Below are positions 29,362 through 38,225 of a DNA stretch of 64,000 nt, piece by piece. This DNA is from Cenarchaeum sp. (GTDB lineage Archaea; Thermoproteota; Nitrososphaeria; Nitrososphaerales; Nitrosopumilaceae). The first letter of the stretch is position 1. Each line of letters opens with the position of its first letter. The DNA is taken from contig OZ243037.1 in assembly GCA_965212015.1 (NCBI GenBank), forward strand, positions 1,700,221 through 1,764,220. Direction: 5' to 3'. The position numbers and the translations under genes were made by a program. The notes below the pieces were generated by a model that did not search any database, was not told the origin of the DNA, and saw only the letters and a list, made by a program, of their open reading frames with translations.

Positions 29362-30715
29362 GTCCCCTGGTGCGGGCCCTTACGGCGCGGCACACGCCGG
29401 ATATTATCCGGGACGACGCCCCGAGGTGCCTGCCGGGACTAAAGATTGCGCCAAGCTCGGCGCGCGGTATCTGCGATGATATCGCCGCGTCGTTTTTTAC
29501 TGCGTCCTCATAGTCTGTCTTGCCGTCCCTTGCCGCAAAGGCCACGCGCTGCACGTCCCTGTATGCGGTGAGGCGCGGAACGCCTTTTTTGATCAGCGCC
29601 TCTAGGACGAACTCTGCAAAGATCTGCCCGCGCGTATACAGTATGTTCTCCCTTATGCGGTCCTCGTCTATGTGCAGGTTTTTGATTACCATGGTCATGG
29701 CCTCGAGCATCTCGTCGAGTATGATTGAGCTCATCGGCAGCACAAAGCGCTCGTTTGCAGAGTTTGACAGGTCGCGCTCGTGCCACAGCGGTATGTTCTC
29801 AAGGCACACGCCGAGCTGGCCCCGCAGCAGCCTTGATAGCGACGAGACGCGCTCGCTTTTGATCGGGTTTCGCTTTACGGGAACGGCACTGCTGCCCATC
29901 TGGCCCTTTTTGAAGTGTTCTGCGACCTCGCCTATCTCGGTTCGCTGCAGGTTGCGTATCTCTGTTGCCATCTTTTCTAGCGTGGAGCCAACAAGCGCAA
30001 GCCCAAAGACATATTCCGCATACCGCTCCCTTGGAACCACCTGCGTGGCCACCTCTGCGGGATACACGCCAAGCCGCCTTGCGACTTTTTTTTGCACCAC
30101 AAGCGCCCTTGCCCCCATCAGCGAGCCCGTGCCCACAACGCCGAGCGTCTTGCATACGAGGACCCTTTTGCGCATACCGTCAATCCGCTCGAGATGCACA
30201 GATAGCTCCGAGGCCCAGTTTGCAAACTTTAATCCAAACGAGATAATGCTTGCGTGCTGGCCGTGCGTCCTTCCGACTGCGGGCAGGCCGGCGTATTTTG
30301 CGGCCATGGCGGCCAAGGCGTCTGCCAGTGCCGCTACCTTTGGCTCTATGATTTTCAGGGCGTCCCTCATCTGCAGCGAGTTGCTAGTGTCCACCAGGTC
30401 GTTGCTAGTCAGGCCATAGTGCACCCACGGCCTGGTATTCTGCCTGCACTTTTCGCCTAGCGCCATTACCAGCGCGGCCGTGTCGTGATCGTTTTTTGCC
30501 TCAAGCTGCGAGACTCTTTTTGCGGTAATCCCGCCTGCGCGCGAGGCCCTCAGTATGTCTGCGCCTGCGGACTTTGGAATCATTCCAATCTCGCCCTGGG
30601 ATGCGGCTGCTGCGCCCTCGACTGCCAGCTGATAGTCAATTTTTGCCTGCTCGTCGTATATCCTGCGCATCTCTTTTGTGCCGTATCTTCCTGTGTCTAT
30701 GGGTAAAATCGCCAA
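29354..30715 (-). CDS. purB: Adenylosuccinate lyase
   Basis: HYGLTSND, GRTHGQHA, GSSAVPVKRNP, WHERDLSNS. Confidence 0.96.
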   Translation of the reverse strand: MAILPIDTGRYGTKEMRRIYDEQAKIDYQLAVEGAAAASQGEIGMIPKSAGADILRASRAGGITAKRVSQLEAKNDHDTAALVMALGEKCRQNTRPWVHYGLTSNDLVDTSNSLQMRDALKIIEPKVAALADALAAMAAKYAGLPAVGRTHGQHASIISFGLKFANWASELSVHLERIDGMRKRVLVCKTLGVVGTGSLMGARALVVQKKVARRLGVYPAEVATQVVPRERYAEYVFGLALVGSTLEKMATEIRNLQRTEIGEVAEHFKKGQMGSSAVPVKRNPIKSERVSSLSRLLRGQLGVCLENIPLWHERDLSNSANERFVLPMSSIILDEMLEAMTMVIKNLHIDEDRIRENILYTRGQIFAEFVLEALIKKGVPRLTAYRDVQRVAFAARDGKTDYEDAVKNDAAISSQIPRAELGAIFSPGRHLGASSRIISGVCRAVRARTRGLT

Positions 30716-30865
30716 TGCCTGTAATTGGCGCCAGTCGGAAATAAATCTAGTGTCCGCAGGCTAGCTTGTGTCTGCATGCCGCCCCATGATGCGAGCTTTT
30801 TTTGCCTTCACCGCAGGCGGGACTGCTTATGGTTTAAATTGGTTTTGTTCACAGAATAGATCCTA

Positions 30866-32314
30866 ATGGAGCGTCCCGTCATCAAAAAGTCAGGCGACCT
30901 GGAATACATGATTGAACCCACGCCGGAAAACAAGATGAACGTGCCTGTCAGGATATTTGCCGACGAGGGACTGGTCCAAAAAATGCAGCAGGACAGGACG
31001 ATACTGCAGGCCACAAACGTGGCGGCCATGCCCGGAATAGTGGGAAATGTAATCGTGCTGCCAGACGGACACGAGGGATACGGCTTTCCAGTCGGCGGCG
31101 TTGCGGCAATGGACGCACAGGAGGGCATGATAAGCCCCGGCGGCGTGGGATACGACATTAACTGCGGGGTGAGGCTTCTCCGGACAAGCCTTACGGAGGA
31201 GGCGCTTCGCCCAAAGCTAAAGGAGCTGGTAACTGATCTTTTCAGCTCGATTCCCTCCGGCGTCGGATCAAAGGGCGCAATAAGGCTGAGCAGCTCGCAG
31301 CTCGACGAGGTTTTGGTAAAGGGCGTGCGGTGGGCAGTAGACAACGGGTATGGAAACCCGGATGATGCGCTAGTCTGCGAGGAGGACGGCCAGATGGCCG
31401 GCGCCGATCCGCACATGGTCTCAGAAAAGGCGCGCAAGCGCGGAATGCCGCAGCTTGGAAGCCTCGGCTCTGGAAACCACTTTCTGGAGATACAAAGGGT
31501 AGCAGAGATTCACGACGAGACAGCCGCAGAAAGGATGGGGATAAAAAAGGGCCAGATAACGGTGCTTACACACTGCGGCTCGCGCGGCTTTGGGCACCAG
31601 GTGTGCAGCGACTATCTGCGGGTCTCTGAGCGGGCGCTAGAAAAGTTCGGCGTCTCGCTGATGGACAGGGAGCTTGCATGCGTGCCCAACAGCTCCGAGG
31701 AGGGCGAGTCGTACAGGGGGGCAATGTTTGCGGCGCTGAACTTTGCCTGGAGCAACAGGCAGATGATCTCGCACTGGACGCGCAAGTCATTTGAGCGGGT
31801 GTTCGGCCAGTCGCAGGCAGACCTGGGGATGGATCTAATTTATGACGTGTCGCACAATATTGCAAAGGTGGAACGGCACAAAATCGACGGCAGGATGCGC
31901 CCCGTCGTGGTGCACAGAAAGGGCGCCACCAGGGCGTTTCCGGCCGGCACAGACGAGGTGCCCGAAAAATACAGGGACCTGGGCCAGCCCGTGTTCATAC
32001 CCGGCTCCATGGGGACGGCGAGCTGGATTCTGATCGGCCAGCCCGGCTCGATGGACCTTACGTTTGGCTCCACTGCGCACGGGGCGGGCCGCACAATGTC
32101 GCGCTCAAAGGCGAGGCGCCAGTATACAGAGGAGGGCGTCAAAAAGTCGCTGACAGACAGGGGGATATTCGTAAAGTCGCTTACCCGCGACGGCATTATA
32201 GAGGAGACCCCGCAGGCATACAAGGACGTCGACAGGATAGTTGACGTCTCGCACAAGCTGGGAATCGCCACAAAGGTCGCAAAGCTTGTGCCGGTGGGCG
32301 TGATCAAGGGATGA
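30866..32314 (+). CDS. rtcB: tRNA-splicing ligase RtcB
   Basis: PDGHEGYGFPVGG, GYDINCG, GSGNHF, HRKGAT, HGAGR. Confidence 0.97.
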   Translation: MERPVIKKSGDLEYMIEPTPENKMNVPVRIFADEGLVQKMQQDRTILQATNVAAMPGIVGNVIVLPDGHEGYGFPVGGVAAMDAQEGMISPGGVGYDINCGVRLLRTSLTEEALRPKLKELVTDLFSSIPSGVGSKGAIRLSSSQLDEVLVKGVRWAVDNGYGNPDDALVCEEDGQMAGADPHMVSEKARKRGMPQLGSLGSGNHFLEIQRVAEIHDETAAERMGIKKGQITVLTHCGSRGFGHQVCSDYLRVSERALEKFGVSLMDRELACVPNSSEEGESYRGAMFAALNFAWSNRQMISHWTRKSFERVFGQSQADLGMDLIYDVSHNIAKVERHKIDGRMRPVVVHRKGATRAFPAGTDEVPEKYRDLGQPVFIPGSMGTASWILIGQPGSMDLTFGSTAHGAGRTMSRSKARRQYTEEGVKKSLTDRGIFVKSLTRDGIIEETPQAYKDVDRIVDVSHKLGIATKVAKLVPVGVIKG

Positions 32315-32709
32315 GCAAAGACGACGAGCTGGAGCGGCTAAAGGCAAGGCGCCTGGCAGAGATGCAAAAAAACATCTCTGGCCAAAGCGATGCACAGTCC
32401 GGCGAGGCGCCCAAGGTACAGTCGCCCCGCGAGCTGCTAGTCGGGCGCCTCGGATACCGGGGGGCAGAGGTACTGGGCAATGCGGAATCCCAGTTTCCCG
32501 GCGAGACTAGAATAATGATAGAAAAGCTCGGCGAGCTGATTGCGTCCGGCGAGATTGACGAGGACATTGACGGCGGAAAGCTGCTCCTGCTGTTCCGGTC
32601 CGTCGGCCTCCACATACGCATGCAGACTAGGATCAACGTCGAGCAGGACGGCAAGTTCGTCTCGCTGTCTGACAAGATAAGCGGCAGACAGGCAGAGTCC
32701 GGAGAATAA
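32311..32709 (+). CDS. PDCD5/Tfar19-like dsDNA-binding protein
   Basis: DDELERLKARRLAEMQ N-terminus; coupled to rtcB. Confidence 0.8.
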   Translation: MSKDDELERLKARRLAEMQKNISGQSDAQSGEAPKVQSPRELLVGRLGYRGAEVLGNAESQFPGETRIMIEKLGELIASGEIDEDIDGGKLLLLFRSVGLHIRMQTRINVEQDGKFVSLSDKISGRQAESGE

Positions 32710-33017
32710 TGTCCGTAATCTTTGAGCTCAGCACGACGGACTATTCGCACGACACGCTCAATGTAAAAAAGGCAATGTCGCACCTAGAGACGCTCTGCGG
32801 CGCGCAAGACGGCTGCATGCTGGGGCCGCCGGAGCAAAAGGCAGGGTGGAGCTTTTTCAAGATAAAGCTTAGCCAGGACCTGTATGACGGGATTGCAGAA
32901 AGATTCTCCGACATGATAGACCGCCACCGGTGGAGCAAGCCCGAAGAAAAGTTCCGCAAGTTCCTGGAACAGTACCTTCAGACCAGGGGGTGCACTATAA
33001 GGATAAAGATTACCTAG
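32709..33017 (+). CDS. Conserved hypothetical protein
   Basis: TAATG-coupled to the upstream gene; plausible composition. Confidence 0.7.
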   Translation: MSVIFELSTTDYSHDTLNVKKAMSHLETLCGAQDGCMLGPPEQKAGWSFFKIKLSQDLYDGIAERFSDMIDRHRWSKPEEKFRKFLEQYLQTRGCTIRIKIT

Positions 33018-33580
33018 ACTCTTCTGCCCCTCTTGCCGCCCTTTTTCCGGGTGGTGTCGTGGGGAATCGGCGTGACGTCGTCTATCCTGCCGATTCTAAA
33101 GCCTCCCCTTGCAAGCGCCCTGATTGCCGCCTGCGCGCCGGGCCCGGGAACCCTAGAGCCGACGCCGCCTACTGCCCTCACCCTTATGTGAAAGCTGGTA
33201 AAGCCCTTTGTCCTTGCAGACTCGATTACGGCGTTTGCCGCCTTCATTGCCGCAAACGGAGATGACTCGTACCTGTCTGCGTTTACGTGTATGCCGCCGG
33301 AGCTTATCGCCACAGTCTCTGCACCGGTAAGATCCGTCATGTGGATTATCGTATTGTTGTAACTGCTGTAAATGTGCGTAATTCCCCATTTTTCAACCTC
33401 GGTTTTCTGGGGCTGGGACTCTGCCTGCGCATCGGCCCTGACTTGCGGCTCCTCCTTGGGCGCCTCTGTGGGTTCTGCGGCCTGCTCTGTGACCTGTACT
33501 GTAGCCTGCTCTGCTGTCTGTACTGTAGCCTGCTCTGCTACCTCTGGCTTGGCCTCTATCTGGATTTCCGTCTCGGACAT
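33014..33580 (-). CDS. rps11: 30S ribosomal protein uS11 with acidic repetitive N-terminal extension
   Basis: [42 protein letters not shown]. Confidence 0.97.
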   Translation of the reverse strand: MSETEIQIEAKPEVAEQATVQTAEQATVQVTEQAAEPTEAPKEEPQVRADAQAESQPQKTEVEKWGITHIYSSYNNTIIHMTDLTGAETVAISSGGIHVNADRYESSPFAAMKAANAVIESARTKGFTSFHIRVRAVGGVGSRVPGPGAQAAIRALARGGFRIGRIDDVTPIPHDTTRKKGGKRGRRV

Positions 33581-33634
33581 TACCTAACCACGACCTAGGG
33601 GCTTAAAAAACATAGTTCCGGCATCCATTGCAGG

Positions 33635-34600
33635 CTAGCGTGACTTGGCGCCTGCGGTGGGTTTCGGGCCAAGATGGCGCCACCCGCCGTCTCTGATCTC
33701 AGATCCGTCTGCAAGTCTGACGCCGTCCCCGGATAGCACAGTTCCGATCTCGACTGCCGGAACGCCGAGTCTTTTTGCAATGCCGATTACCCTGCGCCTG
33801 TGTTTTTGCCGCACGGTAAAGACCAGCTCGTACTCCTCGCCCCCGTAAAACACCGGATCCATAAAGTCCATCTTGTTTTGCCTGGCAAAGTCCAGCACGT
33901 CCTTTTTGGCGGGGACGCACTCTACAATGATCGACTTGTTGCTCTGCCCTGCAATCTCGTGCAGCGTGCGGGACAGCCCGTCGCTTGAATCCATCGATGC
34001 CGTCATGACGTCCCTTGCGGCAATGCCGAATTCCAGCCTGCACGGGGGGCTAAAGACTGCCCTTTTTGCCCTGTCCCTGAGTGCCCTGCCGGCCTTTTTA
34101 TTGTCCAGCATTATGGCCAGCCCCGCACCCGTGTATCCAAACGGCCCCGTAACGAACACTGCGTCGCCGTTTTTTGCAGTGCCCCTTTTTACTGCGGATT
34201 TTGCAGCCCCTACAAGGCACACGCTAATTGAGAGCTCCGCCCCCCCGTTGGTGTCCCCGCCCAGAATACGGAACCCGAGCTTTTTTGATGCGCCGGCAAG
34301 GCCGCGCGCCAGCTTTGCAATGTCGCCCCTTGAGAAGCTGTCTGGAATGACGACTGAGACAAAGCCGAACTCTGGCCTTATTCCCTTTGCGGCAAAATCA
34401 CTTGCGCACGCAACGACGCTTTTTTCTGCAATCTTTGCCAGCTCAAAACCCGGCGGGACGTCCGTGCTTTGAACCAGCGTGTCGATGTTAAACGCGACAG
34501 GTGCGCCGCCAAGCGAAAAGAGCTCCACGTCCTCCGATGACCCGGAGCGCAGCTTGTCCTGGAATATCCTGATTACCTCTTTTTCATCTGGCCTCTTCAT
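33635..34600 (-). CDS. thiL: Thiamine-phosphate kinase
   Basis: SDFAAKG, GGDT, MDSSDGL, GGEEYELVFT. Confidence 0.93.
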   Translation of the reverse strand: MKRPDEKEVIRIFQDKLRSGSSEDVELFSLGGAPVAFNIDTLVQSTDVPPGFELAKIAEKSVVACASDFAAKGIRPEFGFVSVVIPDSFSRGDIAKLARGLAGASKKLGFRILGGDTNGGAELSISVCLVGAAKSAVKRGTAKNGDAVFVTGPFGYTGAGLAIMLDNKKAGRALRDRAKRAVFSPPCRLEFGIAARDVMTASMDSSDGLSRTLHEIAGQSNKSIIVECVPAKKDVLDFARQNKMDFMDPVFYGGEEYELVFTVRQKHRRRVIGIAKRLGVPAVEIGTVLSGDGVRLADGSEIRDGGWRHLGPKPTAGAKSR

Positions 34601-35876
34601 ATGATTCGTCCACCAGCCGTCTGGCCCTCTCTAGTATGTTGTTTTTCTTTTTGACGCTGTCTGACTCGACGGATATCCTGATAATGTCTTCTGTGTTTGA
34701 CTTTCTTACAAGCATCCACGTGTCGCCGTCAATTGCCGCCTTGAGGCCGTCTGTCGTGTCTATGCGTCCGAACTCCTGTCTCATCTTGCGCCCCAGCCCG
34801 TCTAGTATCGCGTCGTGCAGCCCGGAATCGGCGGGAACCTTTTCCCTTGCCTGGTAATAGCCGTCCATGAATGATGCTGCCTCATCAAGGCCGCCGCCAA
34901 TCATCGATGCAATCAGGCCGCAGCTGAGGATTCCGTCCCTGCAATAGTTGAACTCTGGCAGGATAAAGCCCGCACTGCTTCCCTCCCCGCCTGCCTGTGC
35001 GCCGGTCTTTAGCATGAGGCCTACCACGTTTGCCTCGCCCACCTTTGATCTTTTTACGCTGCCTCCCTTTTTTATGATGAATTTTTCAATCGATGCGCTC
35101 GTGTCTGTACTGAGCACGAATTTTTTGTATCCCAGCTCAAGGGCTCTTGCAATGCCGAGCCCCAGTGTTGCATCGGGTGACTGCTTTTGTCCGTTATGCA
35201 CGATTACCAGCCTGTCGCCGTCCAGGTCAAACGCAAACCCGACGTCGCGCCCGCAGCAGGCAATCAGGCCCTCTAGTGCGTCTGCGGTGGGATCAGGGCC
35301 CCTGGATGAGCTTGCCGGATCAGAGTTAATGGTCCGCACGCCGCATCCCAGTCCCTCCAGGAGCTTGACTGCAACTGCACTTGCGGCCCCGCCCCCAAAG
35401 TCGAGTGCGACCTTTGGCGGGACATCGATGCGGCCTATTAGCTTTTGGGCCTTTTGCACATAGTCGGTGTCTGCCTTTTTTTCATTCCCAATCTTTTTGA
35501 TGCGCGTGGTGTTTTTTCCGGTCACCCTCTGCAGCTCATCGCAGTCTATGCCCCTGCCGTTTATGATGAACTTTAGCCCGTTCCATTCCAAGGGATTGTG
35601 CGATGCGCTAATTACCAGGCCCGCGCCGTGCCTTCGCGCCTCATAGTACGCCACCGGCGTGGGCGACACGCCAAGATCCAAGACGTCTATGCCGTTTTGC
35701 ATCAGCGCCGCGCAGGCGGCTTCTTTGAGCATCTCGCCGCTAGGCCGAGTGTCCCGCGCAACCACGCATTTTCCGGATTCTGCCAGCGCGGCAAAGTTGT
35801 TGCAAAAAAAGGCCACATCCTTTGGCCCAAAATCCCTGCCAACTATTCCCCTGATGCCAGAGACGGATTTTTTCAT
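34584..35876 (-). CDS. Phosphomannomutase/phosphoglucomutase family
   Basis: MKKSVSGIRG, ISASHNP, FDLDGDR, GEGSS, VRKSNTE; the longer track start runs through the tRNA. Confidence 0.93.
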   Translation of the reverse strand: MKKSVSGIRGIVGRDFGPKDVAFFCNNFAALAESGKCVVARDTRPSGEMLKEAACAALMQNGIDVLDLGVSPTPVAYYEARRHGAGLVISASHNPLEWNGLKFIINGRGIDCDELQRVTGKNTTRIKKIGNEKKADTDYVQKAQKLIGRIDVPPKVALDFGGGAASAVAVKLLEGLGCGVRTINSDPASSSRGPDPTADALEGLIACCGRDVGFAFDLDGDRLVIVHNGQKQSPDATLGLGIARALELGYKKFVLSTDTSASIEKFIIKKGGSVKRSKVGEANVVGLMLKTGAQAGGEGSSAGFILPEFNYCRDGILSCGLIASMIGGGLDEAASFMDGYYQAREKVPADSGLHDAILDGLGRKMRQEFGRIDTTDGLKAAIDGDTWMLVRKSNTEDIIRISVESDSVKKKNNILERARRLVDESYEEAR

Positions 35877-35929
35877 GTAATCAAAACCGGAAAGGCTTTT
35901 TATTAACTCTGACTTTACATCCGAGTCGT

Positions 35930-36006
35930 GCCTCGGTAGCTCAGCCTGGTGGAGCGAACGCCTCGTAAGCGTTAGGTCGTGGGTTCGGATCCCACCCGAG
36001 GCTCCA
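35930..36006 (+). tRNA. tRNA-Thr(CGT) with encoded CCA
   Basis: Acceptor GCCTCGG/CCGAGGC; anticodon arm AACGC-CTCGTAA-GCGTT; T arm GTGGG-TTCGGAT-CCCAC. Confidence 0.95.
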
Positions 36007-36068
36007 TTATTAGTGCCGGCCTGATCGGATCGGGGGTTACACAAGACTGGAAAATCCACATAAAAACC

Positions 36069-36155
36069 CTAAGAGTTCATTGCATCGTATGACTCGATGT
36101 CGGTTTCAAGCTCCTTTGCAAGGCCCTTCCACCACTGCGCTATCTGATCCGTCAT
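36069..36155 (-). CDS. Candidate 28-aa microprotein
   Basis: MTDQIAQWWKGLAKELETDIESYDAMNS; TATAAG about 25 nt upstream on the minus strand. Confidence 0.35.
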   Translation of the reverse strand: MTDQIAQWWKGLAKELETDIESYDAMNS

Positions 36156-36254
36156 CCGTATTGCGTCACAAATCATCCCTTATAGATCTGCCGATTGATC
36201 AAAAACTTATCAATTGTTGAAACTTTTTCCAACAATAAAGCTTGCCGGGACGGA

Positions 36255-36431
36255 TCACCTTTCCTTTCTCAGCTTTTGCCGGTATATGATAATGACAAAG
36301 GCGCCGCCGGCACACGTCCAAAATACGGGCCATTTTAGATCGCTGCCCATCATGCCCAAAAACGCATACACGGTCCCGCCGATCAGTATAAAGCCGATTA
36401 TCTCGAGAATCCTGATGTTTCCTGCGCCCAT
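36255..36431 (-). CDS. 58-aa two-TM membrane protein
   Basis: Not in track: MGAGNIRILEIIGFILIGGTVYAFLGMMGSDLKWPVFWTCAGGAFVIIIYRQKLRKER. Confidence 0.65.
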   Translation of the reverse strand: MGAGNIRILEIIGFILIGGTVYAFLGMMGSDLKWPVFWTCAGGAFVIIIYRQKLRKER

Positions 36432-36481
36432 AGGGCAGATACAGAGTTAAAAGATATATTATTTTGCCGTTTTGCATATAC

Positions 36482-36679
36482 ATGGACAAATACATTCTAG
36501 TAGTGCTGATATTCCTGATCGCAGGTGCGATCATTGGGATTACGCAGAATCCGCCCAGGCTGGAGCTGTTCTACGGGGGAATAGGGGGCTCTATAATCCT
36601 CATCGGGTACATCACGGTAAAGAACCGGCGCGAACAGCAGGCGCTGCGCAGGGAAAGGCGCAAATCCAAGAAAAGATAG
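36482..36679 (+). CDS. Small two-TM membrane protein with basic tail
   Basis: MDKYILVVLIFLIAGAIIG...RRERRKSKKR. Confidence 0.75.
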   Translation: MDKYILVVLIFLIAGAIIGITQNPPRLELFYGGIGGSIILIGYITVKNRREQQALRRERRKSKKR

Positions 36680-36680
36680 G

Positions 36681-36962
36681 CTACAGCTCTAGGCCAAAGG
36701 ACTCTGCTATCGTGGAAAAGTTCTTGTACGAGTCGAGATACTGCCTGCCCTTTGGCGTGATTACAAACGTGTTTTTGCCGTCATACTCTATCCTGTTTAT
36801 CAGGCCCGCACCAGTCAGGTTGGCGGTGAATTTTGAGAGCCTGGAATGCGACAGGTTGGCCTTTGTCAAAAGCGACGTGGTCTTGATTCCCTCCAAGCCG
36901 GACTCTTGCGTGGCGACAAGCAAATCGGCCACTATCTGCATGCTTGTCCTGTATGCTACCAT
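36681..36962 (-). CDS. Winged-helix transcriptional regulator
   Basis: YRTSMQIVADLL, KANLSHSRL, VITPKGRQYL. Confidence 0.88.
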   Translation of the reverse strand: MVAYRTSMQIVADLLVATQESGLEGIKTTSLLTKANLSHSRLSKFTANLTGAGLINRIEYDGKNTFVITPKGRQYLDSYKNFSTIAESFGLEL

Positions 36963-37020
36963 GTATGGCAGTATGTGTCCTGTGATATAAGGGTTAACTG
37001 CCAATTACGATCAATTAAAT

Positions 37021-37623
37021 ATGATTTGGCCCGAATCTGCTTACTTGGCCGCCCCACCGATCTCATGGCACGACGATTTTCTTGGCGTTGCATACAGGTA
37101 TTATGACCTGAGGATGAACGTGGTTCCGCTGTTTACCGACATGAAGGCTGCGACCGATCTGTGGCACGACGTCGTGAGCCGGTGGATAGATCCCCGCATA
37201 AGGCTCCGCTTTGTGGATACGGGCGACAAGTACTGGTTTATCATGGCATCCGAGTCGAAAAAACCAGAGTCCAACATGTCGTTTTACAAGGTCCTTGCAA
37301 AGTCCGAAAACTATGAGCGCTTTAAAAAAGGCCACGACGGGGAGGCGTACCTGAGGCTGGGGGTGTACTCCAAAAAGCACTTTGATGACGTCAAGGACGA
37401 TGCGATCTGCAACTGCGGCCACGAAAAGGAGGATCACGAGGAGGCGACTACCCATTACTGCCTTTATGAGGACTGCTCGTGCACGTGGTTTGAGAGCTTT
37501 CAGGTAAACCTGGTAAAAAAGAAAAAGACCGTAACTGACATTGTGTTCATGGACGAGGAGTCAGTCCGTGATGACTCGCTTGCATGGAACTGTTTTAACG
37601 CAAACAAGTACGGCAGGCCATAA
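37021..37623 (+). CDS. Conserved thaumarchaeal hypothetical with Cys/His metal-binding motif
   Basis: CNCGH...H....C....CSC..F motif. Confidence 0.75.
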   Translation: MIWPESAYLAAPPISWHDDFLGVAYRYYDLRMNVVPLFTDMKAATDLWHDVVSRWIDPRIRLRFVDTGDKYWFIMASESKKPESNMSFYKVLAKSENYERFKKGHDGEAYLRLGVYSKKHFDDVKDDAICNCGHEKEDHEEATTHYCLYEDCSCTWFESFQVNLVKKKKTVTDIVFMDEESVRDDSLAWNCFNANKYGRP

Positions 37624-37831
37624 CTCACATGTTCTCAGACGTGTCGACCCTTACGTGCTCGCCAGGATAGTGTTCTGCGATTTTCTTGGAATAGCACTCC
37701 CCGCACAGCGGCCCGTCAATCCCCCACTGCTTCATGGGGAGGAACCTTTGCGCTATTGTGCCGTTACACAGGGTGCACCTTACTGCCATGCCGTCGGTTT
37801 TTCCGGTCTATATAAAAATGATCTTGGCATA

Positions 37832-38062
37832 CTATGGCCCAAGCTCGCCTATGGCGCCCTCTAGCGTGTCTTTGATGTCAGATGCGACATTGGCGTCCCT
37901 TATTGCGTCCATCACCGAGTCGCCGCCTATATCCGCAATATCTGCCACGAGCTCATCCTGTATGTGGCCGATGATCAGCGCGCCTGCGGCCAGCGAAACT
38001 GCCACTATGGCGATTCCTATGAGCAGTCTTTTGGCCAATACCTGGGCCCATATTGCGCGCAA
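37832..38062 (-). CDS. Small single-TM protein
   Basis: N-terminal hydrophobic helix followed by an acidic tail. Confidence 0.5.
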   Translation of the reverse strand: MRAIWAQVLAKRLLIGIAIVAVSLAAGALIIGHIQDELVADIADIGGDSVMDAIRDANVASDIKDTLEGAIGELGP

Positions 38063-38225
38063 ATATAATCCAATTGCGCGAAAAAATCATGTTAAATATG
38101 ACCTGTGTCTAGGAAATAGCGGTAGAATGTCTGGCCGATGTAAATCTCCTGCAATTTTTACATGTGTTGGACTTCTACCATTTTGATCCATATCGTTAAA
38201 TATTTGGCAGGAAAAACCCCGTTTA

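Noticed and set aside
35930-36006. tRNA-Thr as an integration site for a provirus or island
   Set aside because: I saw no duplicated tRNA 3' end or integrase in the window.
35877-36059. 61-aa N-terminal extension of the phosphomannomutase
   Set aside because: It runs antisense through tRNA-Thr; the family start MKKSVSGIRG is at 35876.
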